Under the pieces are notes generated by a model. The model saw only the letters and a program-made list of their open reading frames with translations. It did no database searches and was not told the origin of the DNA. Position numbers and translations under genes: made by a program. A stretch of 64,000 nt of DNA, taken from positions 42,711 through 106,710 of the forward strand of contig CAWANN010000015.1 in the NCBI GenBank assembly GCA_963783415.1, written 5' to 3'. How positions within the stretch are numbered: position 1 is the stretch's first letter; every line of letters begins with the position of its first letter. The DNA is from an uncultured Solirubrobacterales bacterium. Lineage in GTDB: Bacteria > Actinomycetota > Thermoleophilia > Solirubrobacterales > Solirubrobacteraceae. Below are positions 48,712-58,185 of this stretch, piece by piece.

Positions 48712-48730
48712 CGCCGCGGGACTGCGTCGC

Positions 48731-49768
48731 GTGACCACGCGCCGATTGATACGGGTGGTGAAGATCGCGATCGCGATCGCGATCCTGGCCCTGTTTCCAC
48801 AGGTGTTCAGCAACCCGGCCACGACCTCGATCGCGGTGTTCACGCTGATCTTCATGGTCGCGGCGTCCTCCTGGAACATATTCTCCGGTTACTCCGGCTA
48901 CATCGCGCTTGGCCACGCGGTCTACTTCGGAGTCGGCGCCTATGCCCTGACGCTGCTTGCCAACCATCTGGGTTTCGCCGCGGGGTGGGGGATATTCGCG
49001 TTGGTGCCGGTCGCCGGGATCATCGCCGGCCTGGTGGCCGTCCCCACGGGGTTGATCGCGCTCCGCGCCCGCCGCCACACGTTCGTGGTGATCACGATCG
49101 CGTTCATGTTCGTCTTCCAGCTCGCGGCGAGCAACTTCGCCTTCACCGGAGGGACCTCGGGCCTCCAGCCGCCGACGCCGCTGTGGTCGGCCGCCTCCTA
49201 CAACGACCACTTCTATTACGTGACCGCGATCGTCCTGGTCGCGACGGTCGCGCTGTCGTGGCTGGTTCGCCGATCGCGCTTCGGCCTCCAGCTGTTCGCG
49301 ATCCGCGATGACGAGGAGCGGGCCCGCGGCCTCGGGGTTCGCGTGGCGCGGGTCAAGCTGACCGCATTCGTCACCTCGGCAATCCCCGTCGGGATGGTCG
49401 GCGGGATCTACGCGTACTTCCTCGGCCAGATATTCCCGCAGTTCGCGTTCGACCCGCTGTTCGACCTCTCGATTGCGTTGATGGCGTTCATCGGCGGTCT
49501 GGGGACGGTGTGGGGACCACTGCTGGGAGCGTTCGTGCTGGAATCGCTCCAGCAGTACTTCACCGAGCAATCGGGCGCGAGCCAGGTGTACCTGATCATC
49601 TACGGCGGGCTCTTCCTCGCGGTCATCCTGCTGCTCCCGCGGGGCATCATTCCGAGCATTCAGGAGCTGCTCGAGCGATGGCGCACGCGGGGCGCGGAGC
49701 AGGACCGGGCCCTGGAGGAGGACGCCGGCCGCGCGGGCGACGTCGTCAAGGCGGCGGGGGCGCGATGA
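48731..49768 (+). CDS. ABC permease (LivM-like)
   Basis: WNIFSGYSGYIALGHAVYFGVGAY, AIRDDEERARGLGV, FIGGLGTVWGPLLGA. Confidence 0.92.
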   Translation: MTTRRLIRVVKIAIAIAILALFPQVFSNPATTSIAVFTLIFMVAASSWNIFSGYSGYIALGHAVYFGVGAYALTLLANHLGFAAGWGIFALVPVAGIIAGLVAVPTGLIALRARRHTFVVITIAFMFVFQLAASNFAFTGGTSGLQPPTPLWSAASYNDHFYYVTAIVLVATVALSWLVRRSRFGLQLFAIRDDEERARGLGVRVARVKLTAFVTSAIPVGMVGGIYAYFLGQIFPQFAFDPLFDLSIALMAFIGGLGTVWGPLLGAFVLESLQQYFTEQSGASQVYLIIYGGLFLAVILLLPRGIIPSIQELLERWRTRGAEQDRALEEDAGRAGDVVKAAGAR

Positions 49769-50562
49769 GCGCGTTCATCGGGAATTTGTCGGCGGCGCCT
49801 GGCGGCGGCGCCTTACTCGAGGCCGAGGGCGTGTGCAAGGCGTTCGGCGGTCTCCAGGCACTCTCGGACTGCTCGCTGTCGGTCCCCAAAGGGTCGATCG
49901 CCGGCCTGATCGGACCCAACGGGTCGGGCAAGACGACGCTGTTCAACGTGATGACGGGCTACGAGCGGTGCAATGCCGGCGAGATCCGGTTCGCCGGCGA
50001 GTCGATCACCGGCGCCACGCCCGAGCGCGTGTTCGGACTCGGGGTCGGGCGGACGTTCCAGATCACCAGGCTCTTCTTCCGGCTGAGCGTGCTCGAGAAC
50101 ATCCTCGTGGCCACGCAACGGCACGAGGGATGGATGCGCAGCGTGGCCCGCCGGGCGGGCTCGGCGGCAGAGCGCCGGCGGGCGCTGGAGATGCTCGAGT
50201 TCGTGGGGCTCGAGCGGTTGGCGAACGGCCCCGCCGGCAATCTGTCGTACGGGCAGCGCAAGCTGCTGGAACTGGCGTCGCTGCTGGTCGCCGACCCCGC
50301 CGTGCTGCTCCTCGACGAGCCGACCGCGGGCGTCAACCCGGTCCTGATCGAGCAGCTGTCCGAGCGCATTCGCGAGCTCAATCGCGCCGGCAAGACATTC
50401 CTGGTCGTCGAGCACAACATGGAGTTCGTGATGGGGCTGTGTCACGAGGTGACGGTGCTGCACCAGGGGCGGACGCTCGTCAACGGGACGCCCGAGCAAG
50501 TCCGCGCGAACCCGGCGGTGCTCGACGCGTACCTGGGCGGAGGCGACGACGATGACTTCTAG
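49765..50562 (+). CDS. ABC ATP-binding protein (LivG-like)
   Basis: GPNGSGKTT, LSYGQRKLLE, LLDEP, VEHNM. Confidence 0.93.
   Translation: MSAFIGNLSAAPGGGALLEAEGVCKAFGGLQALSDCSLSVPKGSIAGLIGPNGSGKTTLFNVMTGYERCNAGEIRFAGESITGATPERVFGLGVGRTFQITRLFFRLSVLENILVATQRHEGWMRSVARRAGSAAERRRALEMLEFVGLERLANGPAGNLSYGQRKLLELASLLVADPAVLLLDEPTAGVNPVLIEQLSERIRELNRAGKTFLVVEHNMEFVMGLCHEVTVLHQGRTLVNGTPEQVRANPAVLDAYLGGGDDDDF
49788..49814 (+). repeat. In-frame copy of the 27-bp REP-like element
   Basis: GTCGGCGGCGCCTGGCGGCGGCGCCTT, identical to 27851-27877. Confidence 0.8.
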
Positions 50563-51325
50563 CGGGCCGAACGGCTCAGGTCCGGGAGGCAACGCACTTC
50601 TCGCCCTCGACGGAGTGACCGCCGGCTACGGCGGCGGCGACATCCTCAAGGGCGTCTCGTTCACGGTCGCCGAACGCGAGATCATGTGCATCGTCGGCCC
50701 CAACGGCGCCGGAAAGTCCACGCTGCTGGCCACGATCAGCGGCGTCCTCCGTCCCCGCCGCGGGGCGATTGCGTTCAGGGGCGAGTCGCTGCTCGGCCTC
50801 GCGCCGCGCCAGGTGCTGGCCAAGGGGGTGGTCATGGTTCCGCAGGCCCACAGCCTGTTCGGAGAGATGACCGTTCGCGAGAACGTCGAGATGGGCGCGT
50901 ACACGGTCCGCGACGCCGGACTGGTCCGGCGCCGACTCGGCAAGGTCGAGGAGCTGTTCCCGCTCGTGCGCGAGCGGGCGCACGACAAGGCCGGGGGCCT
51001 GTCCGGCGGTCAGCAGCGCCTGGTCGAGCTCGCGCGCAGCCTGATGCTGGATCCGGCGCTGATCGTCCTCGACGAGCCGTCGATCGGGCTCGATCCGCCC
51101 ACGCGCAAGATCGTCTTTCAGATGATCCGGCTGCTGAACCAGCAGGGTCGAACGATCTTGCTCGTCGAGCAGAACGCGCGCGCGGGTCTGAGGCTCTCAA
51201 CGCGCGGCCTCGTACTGGAGAACGGGCGCGTGCGGCTCACCGGGACCGGACGCGAGATCCTCGAGCACCCCGAGATCGGGGCGCTGTACCTCGGTGGCGC
51301 GGTGTCGAGCACGTCCGCGAGCTGA
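50552..51325 (+). CDS. ABC ATP-binding protein (LivF-like)
   Basis: GPNGAGKST, LSGGQQR, LDEPSIGL, LVEQNA. Confidence 0.93.
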   Translation: MTSSGPNGSGPGGNALLALDGVTAGYGGGDILKGVSFTVAEREIMCIVGPNGAGKSTLLATISGVLRPRRGAIAFRGESLLGLAPRQVLAKGVVMVPQAHSLFGEMTVRENVEMGAYTVRDAGLVRRRLGKVEELFPLVRERAHDKAGGLSGGQQRLVELARSLMLDPALIVLDEPSIGLDPPTRKIVFQMIRLLNQQGRTILLVEQNARAGLRLSTRGLVLENGRVRLTGTGREILEHPEIGALYLGGAVSSTSAS

Positions 51326-52389
51326 TGCCCGACGCCCGGGTGCAGGCCGCGATTGATCACTGGGCGCCGCGCTTCATCGCGATGGGCGTCGACTACAACG
51401 ACTTCGTGCGTACCACCCGCCGGATCGAGCGATGGGAGGAGTGGCTCGACGCATGGACCGAGCTCGCCGAGGAGCACCTCGAGCTCGCTGCCGACGCCGA
51501 GGCCGGGGGGCGGGGCCGAACCGCCGGGGAGGCGTATCTGCACGGGGCCGTGTGCCTGCACTTCGGCAAGTTCGTGTGGGTGCTCGATGCGGCTGCGCAT
51601 CGCGCCGCGACCGAGCGGTCGATCGCGGCGATGGCCAAGGCCCACTCGTTTCTCGACCCGACCGCGGAGCGGATCGAGGCGCGGCTCGACAGTGGCATGC
51701 TGGCGGCCAACCTCCGGCGGCCCGCCACCGAGCCGCCTCCGCCGCTGGTCATCCTCATCCCCGGCCTTGACTCCACCAAGGAGGAGTTCTTCCACTGGGA
51801 GAACTCGTTCCTCGCGCGCGGGATGGCGACGCTGTCGATGGACGGTCCCGGCCAGGGGGAGGCCGGGTTCAAGCTGCCGATCCGGCATGACTACGAGGTC
51901 GCGGTGGCGGCGATGCTCGACGCGCTCGGTGGCCGCGACGACATCGACCTCGCACGCGTCGGCGCCGCCGGGGTCAGCCTCGGTGGCTATTACGCGCCCC
52001 GCGCGGCCGCCTTCGAGCCGCGTATCCGCGCCGTCGCGGCGATCAGCGGCCCGTACAACTTCGGCGAGGTGTGGGACGACCTGCCGCCGCTGACCCGCGC
52101 GGCGTTCACCTTCAAGTCGGGGGCACGCGACGAGCGGGACGGCCGCGAGCGCGCCCACGCCCTCAACCTCGCCGGCGTTCTCGGAACCCTGACGCAGCCG
52201 GCCCTGTTCGTCACCGGCGGTCTCGACCGCATCATCCCGTGGCGCCAGACCGAGCGAGCCGCGCGCGAGACTCCCGACGGCTCGTTCGTGCTGTACGAAC
52301 GCGGCACGCACGTGTGCAGCAACCTGCCCTACCGCTACCGCCCGCTGGTGGGCGATTGGATGGCCGAGCGGCTGGCTCCAGCCGCATGA
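51325..52389 (+). CDS. Alpha/beta hydrolase related to 2,6-dihydroxypseudooxynicotine hydrolase
   Basis: IPGLDSTKEE, DGPGQGE, nucleophile GVSLGG, Asp in GGLD, His in GTHVCSN. Confidence 0.8.
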   Translation: MPDARVQAAIDHWAPRFIAMGVDYNDFVRTTRRIERWEEWLDAWTELAEEHLELAADAEAGGRGRTAGEAYLHGAVCLHFGKFVWVLDAAAHRAATERSIAAMAKAHSFLDPTAERIEARLDSGMLAANLRRPATEPPPPLVILIPGLDSTKEEFFHWENSFLARGMATLSMDGPGQGEAGFKLPIRHDYEVAVAAMLDALGGRDDIDLARVGAAGVSLGGYYAPRAAAFEPRIRAVAAISGPYNFGEVWDDLPPLTRAAFTFKSGARDERDGRERAHALNLAGVLGTLTQPALFVTGGLDRIIPWRQTERAARETPDGSFVLYERGTHVCSNLPYRYRPLVGDWMAERLAPAA

Positions 52390-54554
52390 TCGGTCAACCG
52401 CTGCGCCGGCGGGAGGATCTGCCACTGGTACGAGGGCAGGGCCGCTACGTCGACGACATCGACATGCCCGGACTCGCGCACGTCGTGTTCGTGCGCAGCC
52501 ACGACGCGAGGGCGCGGATTCTCGACATGCGCCTACCGGCGTCCGCTCCCGGATTGCTCGGTGTGCTGACGGCTCGGGACCTGCGCGGACGCGCGCGGCC
52601 GCTGGCGGTGGCCGAGCTCGAGGGGGCCGAGCTCGCCGATCTGCCGCACCCGATTCTCGCCGCCGATGAGGTCCGGTATTCCGGCCAGCCGGTGGCGGCG
52701 GTCGTGGCCGAGACGCGCGCGCAGGCGATGGACGCCGCCGAGCGGGTCGAGGTCGCGTACGAGACCCTTCAGGCGGTCGTCGATCCACGCGACGCGCCGG
52801 AGACGCTGATGCGGTGGGAGCGCAGCGCCGGGGACGTCGAGGCGCTGCTCGGCAGCGCTCCGCATCGCGTCGCGGCGCGCTACCGGATCCCGCGGCTCGT
52901 GGCGGCGCCGATCGAGCCCCGCGGCGTCGTGGTCGCCTACGACGCGCGCTCGGACATGCTCACGGTGTGGGCGTCCGCGCAGGACCCGCACCGCCCGCTG
53001 GACCAGCTCGCGCACGCTTTGGAGCGGCCCGCCGAGCGGATCCGGGTAGTGGTGCAGGACGTCGGCGGCGCGTTCGGGAGCAAGGGGACGATCGCGGTCG
53101 AGGCGGTCGTGGTGGCCGTCGCGGCGATGGGGCTGGGCCGTCCCCTGAAGTGGGTGGAGGACCGGGGCGAGAACTTCCTCGGGGCCTACCAGGGCCGCGG
53201 CGTCGAGGCGGAGGTCGAGCTCGGGCTGGACGGCCGCGGTCGGATCCTGGCCTTGAAGGCCTCGATTCTGGCCGACCTGGGGGCGTACCTGCTGCCGACG
53301 ACTGCGATTCCCCCGCGGACCGCCGCGATGTTGATGACCGGCTGCTACGACATCGCGGCGGCGAAGGTGTCGGTGCGCGGCGCGCGCACGGACAAGGTCC
53401 CGACCGGGCCGTACCGCGGTGCCGGGCGGCCCGAAGCCGCATACGTGCTCGAACGCACGGTGGATCTCGCGGCCCGCCGGCTCGGCCTCGATCCGGTGGA
53501 GCTGCGCCGACGCAACCTGATCCGGTCGTTCCCGCACCGCAGCGCGCTCGGCTTCACGTATGACTCGGGCGACTACGCGCGCTGCCTTGACCTGGCGCTC
53601 GAACTGCTGGGGGACGCGCCGCAGGGCGTCGGCGGCGCGGATCGCGCGGTCGGCACCGGCGTGGCGATGTACGTCGAGCGCGCCGGGGGCAACTGGGAGA
53701 GCGCACGGATCTCGATCGGCGCCGACGGTCGGGTGATCGCGCGGAGCGGGTCGACGCCCCATGGCCAGGGGCATGACACGACGTTCGCGCAGATCGTCGC
53801 CGACCGCCTCGGGATCGAAGTGGGGGAGGTCGAGATGCGATTCGGCGACACGGCCGAGGTACCGCCCGGGGTGGGAACGTTCGGCAGCCGCTCGGTCGCG
53901 GTGGGCGGCTCCGCGCTCGTGCAGGCGGTCGAGCAGCTCCTCGAGCGGGCCACCGGCGTAGCCGCCGGGCTGCTCGGTTGCCCCGAGATTCTCGTCGCGC
54001 GGTCGGGAACGCGGTGGACGGGCCCGGACGGTCGGTCGGTCACGCTGGCCGAGGTCGCCGCGGCCGGTCACGGCCTCGAGGCGGAGGCGCGGTTCGATTC
54101 CGAGATGGTCTTCGGCTCGGGCGCCTACGGCGCCAGCGTCGAGATCGATCGCGCCACCGGCGCCCTCACCGTCCGGCGGCTGGTCGCGGTCGACGATGCC
54201 GGCACGATCATCAACCCGCTCCTGGCCGAGGGCCAGGTTCACGGGGGCATCGTCCAGGGCCTCGGCGCGGTTCTGATGGAGGAGGCCGTACACGACGTGG
54301 ACGGTCAGCTGCTGGGTGCGTCGTTCTCCGAGTACGCCCTTCCCGGCGCCGCCGAGGTGCCGCCGATCGCCAGCGCGTTCGTTGAGTCGCCCTCGCCGAA
54401 CAACCCCCTGGGCGCCAAGGGGATCGGCGAGGGCGGGGCGATCGGCACTCCGGCCGCGATCGCGAACGCCGTGGCCGACGCACTGGGAGGGGACGCGCCC
54501 GACCCGCCGTTCACGGCCGAGAAGCTGTGGCGAGCGCTGCGGACGCTCGCGTGA
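52386..54554 (+). CDS. Xanthine dehydrogenase family molybdopterin-binding (large) subunit, CoxL form II-like
   Basis: DVGGAFGSK, PYRGAGRPE, HGQGHDT, TFGSRS, GAKGIGE. Confidence 0.92.
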   Translation: MIGQPLRRREDLPLVRGQGRYVDDIDMPGLAHVVFVRSHDARARILDMRLPASAPGLLGVLTARDLRGRARPLAVAELEGAELADLPHPILAADEVRYSGQPVAAVVAETRAQAMDAAERVEVAYETLQAVVDPRDAPETLMRWERSAGDVEALLGSAPHRVAARYRIPRLVAAPIEPRGVVVAYDARSDMLTVWASAQDPHRPLDQLAHALERPAERIRVVVQDVGGAFGSKGTIAVEAVVVAVAAMGLGRPLKWVEDRGENFLGAYQGRGVEAEVELGLDGRGRILALKASILADLGAYLLPTTAIPPRTAAMLMTGCYDIAAAKVSVRGARTDKVPTGPYRGAGRPEAAYVLERTVDLAARRLGLDPVELRRRNLIRSFPHRSALGFTYDSGDYARCLDLALELLGDAPQGVGGADRAVGTGVAMYVERAGGNWESARISIGADGRVIARSGSTPHGQGHDTTFAQIVADRLGIEVGEVEMRFGDTAEVPPGVGTFGSRSVAVGGSALVQAVEQLLERATGVAAGLLGCPEILVARSGTRWTGPDGRSVTLAEVAAAGHGLEAEARFDSEMVFGSGAYGASVEIDRATGALTVRRLVAVDDAGTIINPLLAEGQVHGGIVQGLGAVLMEEAVHDVDGQLLGASFSEYALPGAAEVPPIASAFVESPSPNNPLGAKGIGEGGAIGTPAAIANAVADALGGDAPDPPFTAEKLWRALRTLA

Positions 54555-54590
54555 GAGCGGAGCTTCGCGCCAGGCCGTGAGACGGCCGCG

Positions 54591-55106
54591 TCAAGCGCTC
54601 AGCCCGGCCAGCAGCTGATTCGCCGCGGCGTTGAACCGCGTGAGGTCGCCGTACGGCCGGGCCACGAGCATCGCGCCCTCCAGCGTGCTCAGAATGCCCT
54701 GCGCCACGTCCTCCGGGTCGCCGCTGTATTTCAGCGTGTGATCCGTCTTGCCCCCGGTGAGCACCTGCGCGAGCCACTTCTGGTTCTCGTCGAAGAAGCT
54801 GATCACCGCAGTGCGCATCGGCTTGGGCAAGGTCTGATACTCGGCGGCGAGGATCCCGCACATGCACATCCGCTTGCCCCGCAGTACCTCGGCGTACAGG
54901 TCCGCGTAGGCCTCGAGCTTCGCACGGGCATCGGGCTGGTCGCGATCGATCCGTTCGAGCGCTTCCGAGAACCGGTCGGTGTAACGGGTGATCAGGGCCT
55001 GCCCGAGCTCAGCCTTTCCCGGGTAGTGGTAGTGGAGGCTGGCCTTGGTGATGCCGAGCTCGGTCGCGATGTCGGCGTAGCTGAAGTTGTTGAACCCGCG
55101 AGAAAT
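54591..55106 (-). pseudogene. TetR family regulator missing its first helix and a canonical start
   Basis: Frame reads stop-R-D-N-I-SRGFNNFSYADIATELGITKASLHYHYPGK...MCMCGIL; no ATG/GTG/TTG before the HTH. Confidence 0.75.
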
Positions 55107-55129
55107 GTTATCCCTTTAGGGTTGAGAGC

Positions 55130-55185
55130 TTACCTACTGGAAGGTAGGTTATCGGACGTCGGGACCTCTACCTACTAGTAGGTAG
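55130..55185. promoter_or_regulatory. Two TetR operators
   Basis: Perfect palindrome CTACCTACTAGTAGGTAG (55168-55185) and variant TTACCTACTGGAAGGTAG (55130-55147). Confidence 0.75.
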
Positions 55186-55213
55186 GTAAACACCAAACAA
55201 AGAGGAGGGGGCC

Positions 55214-55575
55214 ATGGGCACCGTCACCACCTTCGACTCGACCGCTTCACCCGGGCGGCCGAGGAGCGCGACGCCGCGACGCAGGTGTCGATGTACGGGC
55301 CGGATGCGGTCGTGACGATCACCAACAAGATCTCCCAGCCGGGTGCGCCGCGGGTGCTGCGCAAGCGGGAGGAGATCAAGGGTTGGCTCGAGGACACGTA
55401 CAGCCGCGAGATGACCCACAAGGTCAGGCACCGCGTCCTCGACGACACCGGCGCGGCCTACACCCAGGCATGCCGGTACCCCGACGGCACCAACGTGTTG
55501 TGCTCGACCGTGATCGAGCTCGACGGCGGAGTGATCTCGGCGCAGAGCGTGCTCGAGGTCTGGGACGAGGCATGA
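55214..55575 (+). pseudogene. SnoaL/NTF2-like protein with a 1-nt frameshift near 55238
   Basis: GAGGAGG RBS and MGTVTTFD in one frame, DRFTRAAEERDAATQVSMYGPDA... in the next. Confidence 0.65.
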
Positions 55576-55578
55576 GCC

Positions 55579-56652
55579 ATGTCGACCACGATCCAGCCTG
55601 TCGATCAGGCAAAGCTCGATGAGTTCATGGGCCGGTTCGTGGGTGATCTGGGCGCCGCGCTAAGCGCGGCGCTCGTGGTCATCGGCGATCGGTTGGGCCT
55701 CTACCGGGCGATGGCCGACGGTGAGCCGGTCGGGCCCGATGAGCTGGCGGAGCGGACGGGCACCGATGCACGCTATGTGCGCGAGTGGCTGTCCAACCAG
55801 GCCGCGAGCGGCTACGTCAACTACGACTCCGGCCAGGGAACCTTCTCGCTATCGCCCGAGCAGGCCTTCACGCTTGCCCAGGAGGACAGTCCGGCGTTCG
55901 TGCCGGGCGCGTTTCAGGTGGCGACGGCGGCGATCAAGGATGAGGAGAAGATCGAGCGTGCGTTCGTCGGCGGGCACGGAGTCGGCTGGCACGAGCATCA
56001 CGACGATCTGTTCAGCGGCACCGAGCGGTTCTTCCGGCCAGGGTACGCGGCCAATCTCGTGTCGTCGTGGATTCCGGCGCTCGACGGGGTCGAGGGCAGG
56101 TTGCAAACCGGGGCGCGCGTGGCCGACGTCGGCTGCGGCCACGGCGCGTCGACGCTCCTGATGGCGCAGGCGTTCCAGCGCTCGGAGTTCGTCGGGTTCG
56201 ACTACCACGCACCGTCGATCGAGCACGCTCGCGCGGCGGCGGCGAAGGCCGGCCTGGGCGACCGGGCGCGTTTCGAGGTCGCGTCCGCCAAGGACTATCC
56301 CGGAGACGCGTACGACCTCATGTGCATGTTCGACTGCCTGCACGACATGGGCGACCCGGTCGGCGCCGCCGCCCACGTGCTGCGGAGCCTCGCGCCGGAC
56401 GGGACCTGGCTGATCGTCGAGCCCTACGCCGGCGACCGGCTCGAGGACAACCTCAACCCGGTCGGCCGCGTGTACTACGGCGCATCGACGCTCGTGTGCA
56501 CGCCGGCATCGCGGGCTCAGGAGGTCGGCCTGGCGCTAGGCGCCCAGGCCGGCGAGGCTCGGCTCCGCGAGGTGGTCACCGCCGGCGGCTTCACGCGCTT
56601 TCGCCGCGCGACCGAGACGCCGTTCAACCTGGTTCTGGAGGCGCGCCCGTAG
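55579..56652 (+). CDS. Class I SAM-dependent methyltransferase with N-terminal wHTH (Rv2258c-like)
   Basis: IGDRLGLY, RYVREWL, VADVGCGHG, FDCLHDMGDP, TPFNLVLEARP. Confidence 0.9.
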   Translation: MSTTIQPVDQAKLDEFMGRFVGDLGAALSAALVVIGDRLGLYRAMADGEPVGPDELAERTGTDARYVREWLSNQAASGYVNYDSGQGTFSLSPEQAFTLAQEDSPAFVPGAFQVATAAIKDEEKIERAFVGGHGVGWHEHHDDLFSGTERFFRPGYAANLVSSWIPALDGVEGRLQTGARVADVGCGHGASTLLMAQAFQRSEFVGFDYHAPSIEHARAAAAKAGLGDRARFEVASAKDYPGDAYDLMCMFDCLHDMGDPVGAAAHVLRSLAPDGTWLIVEPYAGDRLEDNLNPVGRVYYGASTLVCTPASRAQEVGLALGAQAGEARLREVVTAGGFTRFRRATETPFNLVLEARP

Positions 56653-56655
56653 GGA

Positions 56656-58014
56656 TTATCCGAGCGCTAGCGATGCCCCGGGGTCGCCCGCGGGCATCGC
56701 CTCCTGCGTCTCGTGGTTCAGGACCGTGTTGCGCTCCGAGGTGACCTCGCGCTCGAGCGGCAGCGACCCGCCGACCGTCTGGTACCGCCTGCCGGCGATC
56801 ACGAGATCCTCGGCGGGGAAGCGGGTGATCACCTCGCAGCCGTCCGCGGTAACGACCAGCTGCTCCTCGATCCGCGCCGCCGACCAGCCGTCGCTGGCCG
56901 GCCAGAACGTCTCGAGCGCGAACACCATGCCCTCCCGGATCTCCTCGGGATGGTCGAGCGAGACGAGCCGGCTGAAGATCGGCTTCTCCCAGATCGACAG
57001 ACCGACACCGTGTCCAAACTGGAGCGCGAACGCCGCCTCCTCGTCGGAGAACCCGAACTCCTGCGCCCGCGGCCAAACGCCGGCCACCTCGCCGGTGGTG
57101 GCGCCGGGACGGATCAGTTCGATCGCCGCGTCGAGGTAGTAGCGGCACCGCCTGTAGGCGTCGACCAGCGCTCGCGAGGCACTCGCCACCGCGAACGTGC
57201 GGTAGTAGCACGTGCGGTAGCCCATGAAGCTGTGGAGGATGTCGAAGTACGCGGGGTCGCCGGGCCGGAGCGCACGATCGGTGTACACGTGCGGGTGGGG
57301 GTTGCAGCGCTCGCCCGAGATCGCGTTGACCCCCTCCACGAACTCCGACCCCATGTCGTAGAGCACCTTGTTGACCAGGCCGACGCACTCGTTCTCGCGC
57401 ATCCCTGGCTTCATCGCGCGGTACAGCTCCTCGTAGGCGGCGTCGACCATCGCGCACGCGTGGTTGAGCAGCGTGATCTCGTCCTGGGTCTTGATCACGC
57501 GGGCCTGCTGCATCAACTGCTGGCCGTCGACGACCTGGATTCCCCGGGCCTGCAGCGCGAACAGCACGGGTGGCTCGACGGCGTCGACGCCGACCGGCTC
57601 ACCGAGGAGGCCGCGCTGCTCAAGCTCGACCGCGATCTTGTCCGCGACGTCCTCGGCCCGGCCGGACTCGGGGGCCATCGCGCCGCGCAGGGTTGAGATG
57701 CCGGCGCGAGAGCGACCCTGCGCCAGCCATGGGTTGTACAGCTGATGGTGGCGCGCGGCCGACCCGAAATCCCACATGATCGGCTCGTCGTGCTGGGGGA
57801 GCAGGCAGAAGCGGTTCAGCTTGTCCTGCGCCCAGGTGCCGATGTGGGTCGCCGTGATGTAGCGGATGTTCGTCATGTCGAAGCACAGCAGTGCTCCGAG
57901 CGAGGACTCCGCCAGCAGGCCGGCGATCCGCGCGAGCCGCTCCGTGCGCAGGCGATCGAAGCGGACGCGCTCCTCCCAGTCGACGGCCATCGTCCCGTAG
58001 GTGCGGAGTCCCAC
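56656..58014 (-). CDS. M24 (Xaa-Pro peptidase/creatinase/DddP-like) family protein
   Basis: LLCFDMTNIRY, IKTQDEI, FDILH, FGHGVG, ALETF, RIEEQL; GTG 6 nt after TAAGCT. Confidence 0.88.
   Translation of the reverse strand: MGLRTYGTMAVDWEERVRFDRLRTERLARIAGLLAESSLGALLCFDMTNIRYITATHIGTWAQDKLNRFCLLPQHDEPIMWDFGSAARHHQLYNPWLAQGRSRAGISTLRGAMAPESGRAEDVADKIAVELEQRGLLGEPVGVDAVEPPVLFALQARGIQVVDGQQLMQQARVIKTQDEITLLNHACAMVDAAYEELYRAMKPGMRENECVGLVNKVLYDMGSEFVEGVNAISGERCNPHPHVYTDRALRPGDPAYFDILHSFMGYRTCYYRTFAVASASRALVDAYRRCRYYLDAAIELIRPGATTGEVAGVWPRAQEFGFSDEEAAFALQFGHGVGLSIWEKPIFSRLVSLDHPEEIREGMVFALETFWPASDGWSAARIEEQLVVTADGCEVITRFPAEDLVIAGRRYQTVGGSLPLEREVTSERNTVLNHETQEAMPAGDPGASLALG
56670..56700. terminator. 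Hairpin at the convergent junction
   Basis: GCGATGCCC...GGGCATCGC 9-bp stem. Confidence 0.35.
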
Positions 58015-58024
58015 AGCCGAAGCT

Positions 58025-58038
58025 TACAATCGTTTGCA
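58025..58038. promoter_or_regulatory. LacI-type operator overlapping the M24 -10
   Basis: TACAATCGTTTGCA (reverse complement TGCAAACGATTGTA). Confidence 0.65.
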
Positions 58039-58137
58039 CCCGGCGCGAGACGCGTGCGACTGAGTTTTTCGCTGGATATCAGCGAAAAACACAGTCGCGT
58101 CGGCGGGTTGACGCAACAAGCGACAGTCCGGTACGCT

Positions 58138-58151
58138 TGCAAACGATTGCA
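58138..58151. promoter_or_regulatory. LacI-type operator upstream of the dehydrogenase operon
   Basis: TGCAAACGATTGCA. Confidence 0.7.
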
Positions 58152-58185
58152 TCAGGGGACCGGGACGCTAGGAGAATTGACTGCT

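Noticed and set aside
52386-54554. True aerobic CO dehydrogenase (form I CoxL)
   Set aside because: The loop is YRGAGR rather than YRCSFR, and coxM/coxS are absent.
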